Positions 47,738 through 60,419 of a stretch of 64,000 bases of DNA are shown here, in pieces (positions within the stretch are counted from its first letter, which is position 1; every line of letters starts with the position of its first letter). The notes below the pieces were generated by a model. It ran no database searches, had not been told where the DNA came from, and saw only the letters and a program-made list of their open reading frames with translations. The stretch is from Myxococcota bacterium (GTDB lineage: Bacteria > Myxococcota_A > UBA796 > GCA-2862545). The stretch covers positions 40,841 to 104,840 of the forward strand of contig JBCCQY010000007.1 of NCBI GenBank assembly GCA_039208735.1, given 5' to 3'. The translations under genes and the position numbers were made by a program.

Positions 47738-48033
47738 TCACGAACGACCAACCTCAAACGCATGCTCAAACTCGCCCGTCGCTAGGAGGTCTTCGACTAC
47801 CTCATGGATGACCGACGGTGAGAGGGTTTGCACGATGATCGGGTGGGTCGACCAGAAGTAAAGGCCCGAAGCGCACTCTCCAGTCTTTGACCAGCGAAGC
47901 ATCAGCTGGCGAATGGACGACAACGTGAAAACGTGGCGGCGAAACATCGACCGTCGGAGAATTCGACCTCGACGTCAACGTTGTCCTCCAAAGGGTCGAC
48001 GATGTCGTGCAGGACGCGCACCTTCCATTCCAC
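47738..48033 (-). pseudogene. Small acidic protein (immunity-like), frameshifted in a T-run near 47930
   Basis: RBS GGAGG + GTG; NVDVEVEFSDGRCFAATF / FTLSSIRQLM...TGECASGLYFW joins if one T is restored. Confidence 0.55.
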
Positions 48034-48499
48034 AACCGCCTCCAAGTCCCCCGAGCACTTCCTTGATCTGATCTTCCCTTCCCGATCGGCTCGTCCCAAT
48101 ATCTTGATTTAGCGTGCCCTTTCGAAATTCCTCGGTCTGCCCGCAAGCCCTATTTGCCATCTCCACTGGAGCTCGCCGGCCAAGGGCACACCAACGTGGA
48201 CAACCTGCAACGTCGTCCACCGCGAGAAAGCCCACATTTAACCATGGTGATGGAGTGTGCGTCAGTCGGCAGCCGCGCACCTCCCCGAATTTGGATCACA
48301 GGATCCGCATCACTCTGCCGACTGACCCAGGCGGGACCATCCACTTCGATTACACTAACGTTGTTGGGGATGAAGTGAAGTGGTCCCCACTCGCTAGACC
48401 AATAGCCTTGAATGCTTGGGTGATCTGAGCTGGGCAGGTAGCAGCGGTAGAATAACGTCAATCGAGAGTGATCGGGGATCCAAGGTGCTCGCCCCTCCC

Positions 48500-48862
48500 C
48501 CAGGAGGGGTGATTGTCAAGAGGGGAGACTGATAACTTGGGGATGAGCTGTGGATACCCTGCGGATGAGCTGGGGACAGTCATGCCGCACTTGGGAGAAG
48601 GAGATCGTAGAGCTTGGCCGGCGGCTGGTCGCCGAGGGACTGGTGCGGCCGTTCGTGGTTGTAGAAGCGGAAGTAGGCGCGGAGCCGGTCGCGAGCCTCA
48701 CCCAGGTCGTCGTAGGCGTGCAGGTAGATCTCCTCGTACTTGACCGATCTCCAGAGCCGCTCGATGAAGACGTTGTCGAGCCAGCGACCGCGGCCGTCCA
48801 TGCTGATCGCGATGTCTCGGGACTTCAGGATGCCGGTGAAGTCGGACGAGGTGAACTGCGAA
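48500..48862 (-). mobile_element. IS3-family transposase C-terminal fragment with probable downstream IS-end sequence
   Basis: SQFTS...ISMDGRGRWLDNVFIERLWRSVKYEEIY...YNHERPHQSL; N-terminal part missing. Confidence 0.88.
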
Positions 48863-48872
48863 TTCGATCGCC

Positions 48873-49169
48873 TCATTCCTCAACGGCCTGCCGAATCCAC
48901 ACGATCTTCGGCGGACCTCGTAGGAAGGGTCGCAGCCGCTCCATGGACCCCGTCTCCCGCCGCCAGGCTGTGTAGGCGTGGAAGTGTTCGCGGGTCTCCC
49001 ACCCGAGCACGGTCCACAGGGCACCATCATCGTCTTGGGGAATCCAGACCGCGGCGTAGGTACAGCCCGGATACGCGCGTGTCTCTCGAAGGATGTCGTG
49101 GGTGATGGCGATAAGCTCCCTGCGTGTCTCGGGCTCCACGGTCATCTGCAGTACGACCCTCTCAGCCAT
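48873..49169 (-). CDS. Antibiotic biosynthesis monooxygenase (ABM) family protein
   Basis: TRAYPGC...WETREHFHAYTAWRRETG. Confidence 0.85.
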   Translation of the reverse strand: MAERVVLQMTVEPETRRELIAITHDILRETRAYPGCTYAAVWIPQDDDGALWTVLGWETREHFHAYTAWRRETGSMERLRPFLRGPPKIVWIRQAVEE

Positions 49170-49347
49170 GGGGTCCCCCATGCTTGTGTGCGGGACCCCG
49201 CTCTGTGCGACCATGCCAGGGCACGTGACAGCGTGGGCTCGTGAGAGGTTGCGTGAGCATCCAGATTGCAGACCGCGGGTGGGGCCTTTGGCCCGAGGCG
49301 TGGTCACGGGGCACTGTCGCGGCGCCTGCCCCCCGGTGGGGTAATCC

Positions 49348-50232
49348 ATGAACCTCGGCGACGTTCCCTGGGATGACGTTCGGTTCTTCTTGGCGACTTT
49401 GCGCGCCCCCAGCCTGCGCCAGGCCGCTGAGGACCTCGGCGTGTCGCACCCGACCGCCAGCCGCCGGGTGCGTGCGCTGGAGGAGGGGCTGGGGCTGCAG
49501 CTGTTCGAGCGGCGCGCGGACGGACTGCACCCGACGGCGGAGGCGATGGAGCTGGCGGCGGCGGCGGAGGAGGTCGAGCGTGCAATGTTCGCGCTGCAGC
49601 GGGTGGCCAAGTCCGTCGAGCCCGCCATCCGCGGCCCCGTCCACCTCACGATGACACAGCCGTTGGCCACCGACCTGTTGATGCCCGATCTCCACGCTTT
49701 CTCGCTCCGGTACCCGGAGCTCGAGCTGCACCTGCAGATCAACACGGAGTTGTCCAATCTGGCAGCGCGAGAGGCGGACGTCGCCATTCGGGGCATGGCT
49801 GCCGGGCGAAGCCCCGACCCCGACCTCATGGGTCGGCGGGCGGTGTCGACCAGCTGGGCGGTCTACGGCAGCGGCGCATGCTGGCTGGGTCCCGAGGACC
49901 GGCGTGCCATGTTCGAAGGCGCGATCCTTTCGGACGAGGCTGACTTCTTCGACCTCCCTGTGCGCGGCACCTATCCTGGGATCTCCCTCAAACGCGCCGC
50001 CTGCCTCGCGGGGGTCGGCTACGCGCGCCTCCCGTGCTTCTATGGCGACCCGGTGCTCCCACGGCGCAGCAGCCCCGTGCAGGGCGGCGACATCTGGGTC
50101 CTGGTCACCCCGAACTGCGGCGAAATATGCGGCTGCGCTTGGTCCGAGACTTCCTGGTCGATGCGCTGCGGCGTCATCAACCCCGGCTCTTGGGGAAGAT
50201 CCCGCGTGACGCCGCCGGGCCCGAAGCGGTAA
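49348..50232 (+). pseudogene. LysR family regulator with a 1-nt frameshift near 50106
   Basis: WDDVRFF HTH; READVAIR; WVLV then HPELRRNMRLRLVRDFL continues in another frame. Confidence 0.75.
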
Positions 50233-50245
50233 TGAGGGGCTGCAT

Positions 50246-51235
50246 TCAGCCCCCCATGGCGGCGGCGTGTTCGATGCGCTGCTCGGTCAGGTCGCACAGC
50301 GCGGCCCAGGCGGCCTCGGCCGACTGGCGATCCAGGACGTGTGGATGGCGCATGGGGGCTAACGGTCCGGTCATCTTGCCCGACGCGGAGGCCCAGAGCT
50401 CCCCGCTGCGATCGGTGCCCCACCCGATGGCTTCTACGTAGCGATCGGCGGCGGTGGCGACGCTGTGGGCGGCTCCGGTCCAGCGGCCGATTGGACCGCC
50501 CATGACGGGCATGACCAGGTTGCGTACCAGCCAGGGCTGGTTGCGCGCTGCGCCTGTGCCGGGCGTGCTGCACGGAGACACGGCATACACCGCCATCCCA
50601 TCGGGGAGTCGCTCCGAGAGCGCCTGCGCCCACCACGCGCCGACGAGCTTGACCGTGCTGTAGTGGGGGGCGGGCTTGTAGGCGTACGGGGCCTCCACCC
50701 GGGCGAGGGCGAGGAGGGCGGCGCGGCGGTTGCCGCTGAAGTGTGCGTCGGCCAAGGCCGTGACGTCGGTCGGGGCCATCATCGATAGCTCCCCGTTGAC
50801 GGCCTCAGCACTCGCGATGACGATGCGCGCCTGGTCGGCGAGCAGGCGCGAGCGCAGCAGACCGACGGTCAGGGCGTGGTGACCGAGCAGGCTGGAGGCG
50901 AAGCCGAGCTCGATCCCGGTCTCGCTGAGCTGAGGGGTCGCGCCGCCTGCAACGCCGGCATTGAGGATCAGTGCATCCAGCCGTCTCCCGCGCTGCTGAA
51001 GCGTGCCGATCGCAGCGTCGACCGTCTCCAGCTTCGCAAGATCCACGGGCAGGACCTCGAACGGGTCCCTCGCCACGCGCTCGCGCAGCCGTCGCCTCGC
51101 GTCCTCTCCCTTCTGGAGTGTGCGGGCCACAAGAACGACGCGGCCGTAGCCCAGCTCGGCGAAGCGAGCCGCGGCCTCGAAGCCAAGACCGGAGTTGGCC
51201 CCGGTGATCAGGATGGTGCGCGGTTCATCGGACAT
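50246..51235 (-). CDS. SDR family oxidoreductase (retinol dehydrogenase-like)
   Basis: ITGANSGLGF, LILNAG, YSTVK. Confidence 0.9.
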   Translation of the reverse strand: MSDEPRTILITGANSGLGFEAAARFAELGYGRVVLVARTLQKGEDARRRLRERVARDPFEVLPVDLAKLETVDAAIGTLQQRGRRLDALILNAGVAGGATPQLSETGIELGFASSLLGHHALTVGLLRSRLLADQARIVIASAEAVNGELSMMAPTDVTALADAHFSGNRRAALLALARVEAPYAYKPAPHYSTVKLVGAWWAQALSERLPDGMAVYAVSPCSTPGTGAARNQPWLVRNLVMPVMGGPIGRWTGAAHSVATAADRYVEAIGWGTDRSGELWASASGKMTGPLAPMRHPHVLDRQSAEAAWAALCDLTEQRIEHAAAMGG

Positions 51236-51454
51236 GACGTGCTCCCTGGTTCGTGACGTCAATCTGACCGCGTTGGGGTCTTCACGGAAGAACCCATGTT
51301 GTGCAGCTGCCGGTTCAAAAATGAACCACTCGATCGAGAGTTCAGGTCCGGTGGGGAGCTCGCGGAGTCGACCGACCCGGCCTACTCCGTCCAGTCGAAG
51401 CTCAGCGCCGCGTGAATGGCCTTGGTCTTCGCGCGGGTCGTGGCCACGGCGGGA

Positions 51455-51665
51455 TTGACCGGTGGCCGGGACGGGTCCCGAGGCCGAGGCGCATCGAGAT
51501 GCCCCGGAACGCGCGGAAGCCACCGACCGCGCCCACGTGGGCAGAGATGGACGCGTGCATCGCGGTGGTGAGGACACCGCGGATTGCCTGCTTGTTGGCG
51601 TTCCTCCGCTTCACCGGTCTGCGAGTCGGCGAAACCATGCTGTTGCGCTGGAACGACCTCGACCG
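51455..51665 (+). pseudogene. Tyrosine recombinase remnant 3 (box I)
   Basis: APTWAEMDACI...LRFTGLRVGETMLLRWNDLD. Confidence 0.75.
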
Positions 51666-51976
51666 TCCATCCTCCAGAGCGCCATTGTCGAGCCGGATCA
51701 TGGGAAGCAACGACTCGGCCACCTGGGCTGCTCGATGCCTTTCGATCGTCTGCTGCCGGCCGAGGCGATCGATCGGCCATCGGCGGTCGGCGTGAGCACG
51801 AACTCCCACGCACGACGAACAAGCCCCCCAACGCACTCACGGGCCAGGCGAAACGTCGGCGAGGCTCGACCCCCTCGAAGCGCACGTGCAGGGTGAGGCC
51901 AACGCTCGCCTTGACGACGAGATGTTGTAGCGTCTACGGAACCACGCCACGATCTCGAGGTGGCCGGAGGTGTCCC

Positions 51977-52432
51977 GTGACGTCCCTGTCCCTATTCGTC
52001 CGAGCCTTGGTGATCTACGTCGTCGTCGACGTGGCCTACCAGGCAGTGGTGGGACTCCGGCTGCTGACGACGTTCGTGGCAAAGGCCGGCCTCGAAGATG
52101 TCTTCGTGCCGCCGGAAGGTCCAGGGCTACTGATGATGCTCGTTTTCTTCGCCCTACTCGCGTGGGCCAACGTGCAGCTGGCGATCCGACCCGCGATCGC
52201 CGCGGGAAGCGTCGGAGTGGCCATCCGCCACGGCGCCCTGCTCGGCGCAGCCTGCTACGGCACCCTCGGGCTCACCAACGGCTGGTCCCTGCGCGGATTC
52301 AGCCCCGCGTGGACGTTCGCCATCGTGGCGGAGGGCATCTTGTTCTCGGTCATGACCTCGGGGCTGACCACCTGGTGGGTCTTGCGGAGTGCGCCTATCG
52401 ATCCCCGCCCCAGCGGAGAGTCCAGCCGATGA
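51977..52432 (+). CDS. DUF2177-like membrane protein
   Basis: RBS GGAGG + GTG; four hydrophobic segments; GALLGAACYGTLGLTN. Confidence 0.7.
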   Translation: MTSLSLFVRALVIYVVVDVAYQAVVGLRLLTTFVAKAGLEDVFVPPEGPGLLMMLVFFALLAWANVQLAIRPAIAAGSVGVAIRHGALLGAACYGTLGLTNGWSLRGFSPAWTFAIVAEGILFSVMTSGLTTWWVLRSAPIDPRPSGESSR

Positions 52433-52491
52433 CCCCATAGCTCGGCAAGGGCAGCAGCATCACGCTGTCAGCGCCATCATCGCTGGCATAC

Positions 52492-52828
52492 CTACTCAGG
52501 CGACCACGCTGTCACCCGGTTGCACCCGCGCGGAGCCCACCCGCCACTCTCCTCGACCGGCGCATCCTCCACCTCGACCCAGCGCTCATCACCTCCATCC
52601 GTGGCGGCGGCGGAAACGACGTTCGAACCTACCTCAACGTCTTCGATGGCGATAGACCCGTTGGTGACGAACACCTCGGTACCGGCGACGAAGCACCCTG
52701 TTTTCTTGGCTACCGTTCCCACGCCAAACGCCAAGGGACTTCCAATTTCGGCATTGGTCAACCCCAGTTGGAGGAGTGGCTCGGGCTGCAGCCACGTCCC
52801 ATCGGCCAAATTGGTGAAGCGTTCCCGG
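52492..52828 (-). pseudogene. RHS-core + pretoxin Hint domain fragment
   Basis: GTWLQPEPLL RHS-core-like motif; CFVAGTEV....G...IEDVEVG Hint N-terminal block, then a stop. Confidence 0.7.
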
Positions 52829-52915
52829 TCGACCATCAGTTGAGGACGGGCGAGTCCGTCTACCGCGACACCTTCAAGCAGGTTGCGAAGCGATGCCGCC
52901 AACGACGTCGACGTC
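52829..52915 (+). repeat. 87-bp direct repeat, right copy
   Basis: 82/87 identical to 45950-46036. Confidence 0.92.
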
Positions 52916-54010
52916 CACTCCTTCGAGCATGCGCAACGGGGCCAGATCCACGAGGTGAGGGCACCTTCGAATGCCAATTCGACGCAGGGTTTTTGCGCGC
53001 ACGATGGCCGTAACGTCGACCAATCCAGCGTCCTCAACGTCCAAGACCTCGAGCCGCTCGAGCCTCTCGATTCCCTCGAGGGTGCGGAGTCCTGGGTGAC
53101 CCACGATTCGGAGGTGGGTCAGTCGACCACATCCCGCCAGATCGTGCAGCGACATGTCCACGTCATCGACGACAAGCCGAGTCAGCGCAGGCAAACCCGC
53201 CGCCAGGTGCAGGCCCGCCCCTTTGACGGTGAGGGCGGTAACGTTGGGAAGTCCGTAGAGCGGGGTCAGATCACGGCCTCGCTTACCGTAGGTGATGGTC
53301 AGCTCCCGCAACTGGTCCAACGCCGTCAGCGGCTCGAGGTAGCCCTGAAAGTGGTGAAGGTTGAGCTTCACCAGCTCAGGGAGCTGCAAGAGCGGCTCGA
53401 GCGAGGCGCGGACGCGGGGTCCGAGCTTGAGCCGGGCAAGCGGTACCTCGGCCAACGGCTCGAGGCTCACCGTGAACGCGTCCAAACCGAGGTCCCGAAG
53501 CGGTCCGACCGACGACAAATCACACAGGTCGAGTTGTCCCAACGACGCGCTCAACTTGAGCCGGCGGAGGTCCAACCCAGCCAAGGCGCGGACCGATGGC
53601 GCGGAGCTGACGAAGAGGCCCAAGCTTCCGGTTGCTGGAGGCAGGGGAGGCAACTCGTCGAGGCGATCGCGCACATGGCCTACGTCGAGAAGTCGAAAGC
53701 GGGTCGAGGCGGCTTCGGCGCGTGAACGCGGACCTTCTCGACCGAGTTCCGCCCGCACCCCGTTCTGCCAGTACAGGTTGACGGAAGAACGTGCTCCGAC
53801 CGGCCGAGCCCATGCCCCCAAGCGGCGCACCCCACCGGGACCCAACCCAAACTCCCGCAGGTCGGCACGGCCTGACAATCCTGCCCGCACCACCTCCACC
53901 CAGGGGTCCTCGTGCTCCGCTAGCCAGTCGGCGTAGACCCACCAGTCCTCGGGAGTTGGATGATCCAGGAGCCGCTGTTCGAGGAACCGTTGCGTCGACC
54001 CGACGCGCAT
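52874..54010 (-). CDS. Leucine-rich repeat protein with N-terminal TIGR02996-like domain
   Basis: LLDHP...WWVYADWLAEHEDP; LRRs such as LEPLLQLPELVKLNL and LEGIERLERLEVLDV. Confidence 0.8.
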   Translation of the reverse strand: MRVGSTQRFLEQRLLDHPTPEDWWVYADWLAEHEDPWVEVVRAGLSGRADLREFGLGPGGVRRLGAWARPVGARSSVNLYWQNGVRAELGREGPRSRAEAASTRFRLLDVGHVRDRLDELPPLPPATGSLGLFVSSAPSVRALAGLDLRRLKLSASLGQLDLCDLSSVGPLRDLGLDAFTVSLEPLAEVPLARLKLGPRVRASLEPLLQLPELVKLNLHHFQGYLEPLTALDQLRELTITYGKRGRDLTPLYGLPNVTALTVKGAGLHLAAGLPALTRLVVDDVDMSLHDLAGCGRLTHLRIVGHPGLRTLEGIERLERLEVLDVEDAGLVDVTAIVRAKTLRRIGIRRCPHLVDLAPLRMLEGVDVDVVGGIASQPA

Positions 54011-54040
54011 GACTCGACCCCTCCCCTCTACATCCCATAG

Positions 54041-55207
54041 CTACGGCGCCGCGTACTCCGAAAGGCTCATGCCAAGACAAAGGGTGAGCCACCAGATGCC
54101 GCCGAACGCAAGACCGGTCACCCCAAGCGCCAACCCTACCGTCGACAACTCGCGTCCTGCACCCTTGCGTTCCTGCGCGGCGAGAAGCCCCACCCAACCG
54201 AGGCCCACCGCAAACAGCGTCACCAGCAATTGCAGCCCCCCTGCGGCCGGAATGAGGACCGCGGCGAAGGTGCGAGGAGTGAGAGCCAGCAGGATCGAGA
54301 CGAACCACCCCGTGACCGCAAGCACACCGGCGAGCAACGCCCAAGGAGCAAACCAATTGCGAGGCCGCGGACGCGCCAGGGGAAGGGTGACCGATGGGAT
54401 CCGACGGCGGTGCGCCGTTGGAAAGACCACCGCATCATCAGGAGGGGGCGGCGGTTCGGGAGTCTCCGGCTCCGCTGGCGCGAGTTCGACCCCCATTCGA
54501 AAGGCCCACTTGTGCCACGTGGCCTCGGCCACCCCAAGCCGCGCCGCAACCTCCCCGAGGACCGCCTGCGCTTCGGGTCGAATCGGGCCGTCGCTTCCGG
54601 CGATGCCGAGCAACGCAAACAGGACCTCCTGCCGGTCCAGCTCGGCAAAGCGGCATCGCAACGACGCCGTCGCCATGGCCAGATCAACCGGCTCGCTGGG
54701 AAGGAGGAGAAAGCGGGGAATCGCCGGATCGTCGGCCCCCAGGAGCGCCTCGAGCTGAAGGGCGACCTGTTCGTGCTTGCGCTCATCGAGGGGACCGTCC
54801 GCGAGAGCCACGGCCCACGCGAGATCGACAAACGGACGAACGTAGCTCGAGAACACCACGGGCTCCGCGACGGCCGGAGTGAACGCGAAGGCCGCATTTC
54901 CACGCACCACATTTGTGGCATCGCGCATGAGGAGCCGCATGATCGTTCGAGATGGCGGATCGACAAGTGCCCCGTACGCAACGAAAAAGACGATGCGGCC
55001 TTCGACGATGGGCACCTCGAGGGCGAAGTTCCCGTCCGCATCTCCAAAGGGCGCCGCCGCCTCGATGGCCGAACCGCCCATGGCTTCCACCGAGACGCGT
55101 GCGGTGGTGACCGCCCCAATGTCTTCGGTGAGCTGAACGAGAAACCCGATACCGTCCTTGTCTTCAAGGACCTCGGCCTGGGCGACCGCCACTTCACCGA
55201 GGCTCAT
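54041..55207 (-). CDS. TerB/DjlA-like domain membrane protein with DUF4190-like C-terminus
   Basis: AVALADGPLDERK...IAGSDGPIRPEAQAVL..VAARLGV; three C-terminal TMs with GRELSTVGLALG; start uncertain. Confidence 0.65.
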   Translation of the reverse strand: MSLGEVAVAQAEVLEDKDGIGFLVQLTEDIGAVTTARVSVEAMGGSAIEAAAPFGDADGNFALEVPIVEGRIVFFVAYGALVDPPSRTIMRLLMRDATNVVRGNAAFAFTPAVAEPVVFSSYVRPFVDLAWAVALADGPLDERKHEQVALQLEALLGADDPAIPRFLLLPSEPVDLAMATASLRCRFAELDRQEVLFALLGIAGSDGPIRPEAQAVLGEVAARLGVAEATWHKWAFRMGVELAPAEPETPEPPPPPDDAVVFPTAHRRRIPSVTLPLARPRPRNWFAPWALLAGVLAVTGWFVSILLALTPRTFAAVLIPAAGGLQLLVTLFAVGLGWVGLLAAQERKGAGRELSTVGLALGVTGLAFGGIWWLTLCLGMSLSEYAAP

Positions 55208-55369
55208 CCGGAGGGGGGCGCAGCGCGGGCCAACCCGGGTGGCCACCGCCCCGAGCATGGAGGACTCGAATCGGGACAATGGCCTCAAGCCAACCCCCGC
55301 CTTCGCTGCCACTCCAACCCGACGACGTGCACGCATCACTCCCGCGCACACGGATAACCGCTGCGACGC

Positions 55370-56038
55370 TTATTGTGTGGGCCCCACGAACGAGCCCCGA
55401 ACCGTAATGGTGTGGCCATTGGTCGGTATCTCCACCAACACCATCTCGAGCGTTCCCTGCACGACAGGCGGTGCATCAGGGTTGAACGCGTCTCCGGCCA
55501 CCGCAACCGTCTCGGAGATCGTGATCTGGCAAGGGGTTCCTGACGTCGACTCGTAGTCTACCTGGGTCCAACCCGCCTTCTCGAGCTGTTCTCGGATGGT
55601 GATCGCCACCGAAACACCGACGACCGGCGTGGAACAATCGTAGGTTCCTCCTGGCAAGGCATTATCCAACCGAGGCAACCCTTCGATCGTGAGGTCGATC
55701 GTATCGGCGGCATCGAAGTCCGGTCGACTGGCCCCGTAGCGCAGCCGACTCGACTCCCGACGGGCCGAGACGCCACCTCCAAGCCACACCCGTTCATCCG
55801 GATCCAGCCGGCCGGGATCATCGTAGGGGCCCGTAACGGCCTGCGTTGCTTCGAGTACCCGAAGGTCGAGCCGTCCGGGAGCCGCGGGTTCAACTTCGCC
55901 TGTGTCGGCTTGCTCAGGAGGTTCGTAGCAAAGCCGGTAGCCGTCTGCAGGACAGGGCCCGAGCAGTTCTCCAGGGATCGTGGGCAGTTCCTCGGAATCC
56001 GAGCAGCCCAACATCAGCAACCACAGCCAATGGGACAA
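55370..56038 (-). CDS. Hypothetical lipoprotein
   Basis: RBS GGAG + TTG; lipobox LMLGC. Confidence 0.6.
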   Translation of the reverse strand: MSHWLWLLMLGCSDSEELPTIPGELLGPCPADGYRLCYEPPEQADTGEVEPAAPGRLDLRVLEATQAVTGPYDDPGRLDPDERVWLGGGVSARRESSRLRYGASRPDFDAADTIDLTIEGLPRLDNALPGGTYDCSTPVVGVSVAITIREQLEKAGWTQVDYESTSGTPCQITISETVAVAGDAFNPDAPPVVQGTLEMVLVEIPTNGHTITVRGSFVGPTQ

Positions 56039-56202
56039 GGCATCTCCAGATGAAGCTCGCCCATCATCTCCGAGTGACCCTTTTGTGCGACCCCAGGGCT
56101 GCCATCTTGACCAACCCTTGGCGTGGACGGAGCCTGGGTCTCCCCATGAACAGCTCAAACCTCAACGCGGGGATCCGTTGACCGCCGGGACAGGGAGGTT
56201 CG

Positions 56203-58677
<2,475 letters not shown>

Positions 58678-58679
58678 AC

Positions 58680-60419
58680 ATGCTGGCGACCCTCGGACGT
58701 CCCGCGCAGATCGTCACCATCGACGACGATCCCCTGACTCACAGCCTCATCAAGGCCATTCTGCGCTCCGTGAACGTCCAGATTCACGGGGCCCGAAACG
58801 GTCCCGACGGCATCGCACTCGTGCGCGCCGTCTTGCCCGACCTCGTCTTGCTCGACTACGACATGGCAGGCATGAACGGACTTGAGGTCCAGCGCCAGCT
58901 GCAGGCCGACAATTCCGTGCGACACATTCCGGTGGTCTTTGCCACGGGCACCGACGGGACCGAACTCCTCGCCGCGTGCTTTGCCGCCGGAGTGGCGGAC
59001 TATGTGCGCAAACCCCTGTGCGCTCCTGAACTGCGGGCCCGCATCACTTCGGTCCTCGAGCGGCGGTTCATGACCGAACGGCTCGAAGAACTCGCCTACC
59101 ATGACCCGCTCACGGGGTTGGGCAATCGGCGAGCCCTAAAGGAGCGCATCGAGGCTGTACTGAACCGCGCCTCCCCGCACGCCAGTCGTTCGCTCATGTT
59201 CATGGACGTCGACCGCTTCAAGCTTGTCAATGACAGTCTCGGTCACGCGTTCGGCGATCAGCTGCTTTGTGACATCGCGGTTCGCGTCACCAATACGTTG
59301 AAGACCTGCACAGCCAAGCGAGGACCGTCGTTCGAGTGGTTCGTGGGCCGATTGGGCGGCGACGAGTTCGCGGTGCTTGTCGAAGGGCTCGCCACGGCAA
59401 CCGAATCCGAACAAATCGCCGCTCGGCTTCTTGAAGGGCTGTCCGCCCCGTACCTCTTGGGCGAACGACGGGTCTACGCCTCGGCGAGCGTCGGAGTGGT
59501 GCACCTCACTGAGAACGCGGACCCCGACATGCTGGTGCGCGATGCCGACACCGCGATGTATGAGGCCAAAGGTTCAGGTCGAGGACGGGTAGTCGTCTTC
59601 GACCCGCGGATGCGCGACGCGGTCAACCTGCGCCTTCGTCTCGAATCCGACCTCCGCACAGCCCTCGTAGAAAATCAGTTCCATCTTGAATATCAGCCGA
59701 TCATCGATCTGCAGACGGGGCGTCCCTGCGCCGTTGAAGCCCTCATCCGGTGGAACCACCCCGAACGCGGCCGCGTAAGCCCGATGACGTTCATTTCGGT
59801 TGCCGAAGAAACGGGACTCATCATCCCCATTGGCAGCTGGGTCCTCGACGAAGCGTGCGCGGCGATGGCCCGGTGGCAAGCCCAACTGAAAGACGACGCT
59901 CCCCAGAGCATCCACGTCAACCTCTCTCGCAAGCAGCTGCTGCTCGACGACCTTGTTGACGTGGTTCGCGGGGCGGTCGAGCGACATGGCGTTCCAGCGT
60001 CCTGTCTGCACCTCGAGGTCACCGAGAACGAGTTGATGCAAGACCCCAAGGGAGCCGCCCGCAAGATGAGGGATCTTCGCGCCTTTGGTGTGCGCATCGA
60101 CATGGATGACTTCGGCACCGGCCACTCGTCGCTGTCGTGCCTCCAGGAGTTCCCGCTCGACCTTCTAAAAATCGATCGGTCCTTTCTTAGCAACCTGGGG
60201 CATCAGCGCTCATTTGCAGCGTTGCTACATGCGATCGCGACGTTGGCCAAGAATCTGGACCTGCAGGTCGTGGCCGAAGGCATCGAAGAGGAAAGCCAGC
60301 TCGCCATTCTTCAGGCGCTGGACGTCGACTTCGGGCAAGGCTGGTTGTTTAGCCGGTCCCTTCCCGAAGAGAAGCTACTCGACTACTTCAACTCGCACCG
60401 TCAACCCGTCACGGCCTGA
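58680..60419 (+). CDS. REC-GGDEF-EAL diguanylate cyclase/phosphodiesterase
   Basis: LLDYDM receiver; DPLTGLGNR, GGDEF; EALIRW, DDFGTGHSSL. Confidence 0.95.
   Translation: MLATLGRPAQIVTIDDDPLTHSLIKAILRSVNVQIHGARNGPDGIALVRAVLPDLVLLDYDMAGMNGLEVQRQLQADNSVRHIPVVFATGTDGTELLAACFAAGVADYVRKPLCAPELRARITSVLERRFMTERLEELAYHDPLTGLGNRRALKERIEAVLNRASPHASRSLMFMDVDRFKLVNDSLGHAFGDQLLCDIAVRVTNTLKTCTAKRGPSFEWFVGRLGGDEFAVLVEGLATATESEQIAARLLEGLSAPYLLGERRVYASASVGVVHLTENADPDMLVRDADTAMYEAKGSGRGRVVVFDPRMRDAVNLRLRLESDLRTALVENQFHLEYQPIIDLQTGRPCAVEALIRWNHPERGRVSPMTFISVAEETGLIIPIGSWVLDEACAAMARWQAQLKDDAPQSIHVNLSRKQLLLDDLVDVVRGAVERHGVPASCLHLEVTENELMQDPKGAARKMRDLRAFGVRIDMDDFGTGHSSLSCLQEFPLDLLKIDRSFLSNLGHQRSFAALLHAIATLAKNLDLQVVAEGIEEESQLAILQALDVDFGQGWLFSRSLPEEKLLDYFNSHRQPVTA

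Larger units (their letters stand above)
46037..52828. mobile_element. Decayed integrative island between 87-bp direct repeats
   Basis: Flanking repeats; integrase, IS3 and RHS/Hint fragments; frameshifted cargo genes. Confidence 0.75.

Noticed and set aside
48114..48461. Toxin domain upstream of the immunity-like gene
   Set aside because: Only short, inconsistent frames; no recognisable toxin motif
48500..48876. Active IS3 element
   Set aside because: Only the C-terminal part of OrfB remains; no OrfA or left end
52492..53037. Intact intein or Hint-containing gene
   Set aside because: The ORF is a chimera of LRR off-frame sequence, the direct repeat and a truncated RHS/Hint piece; no C-terminal Hint block
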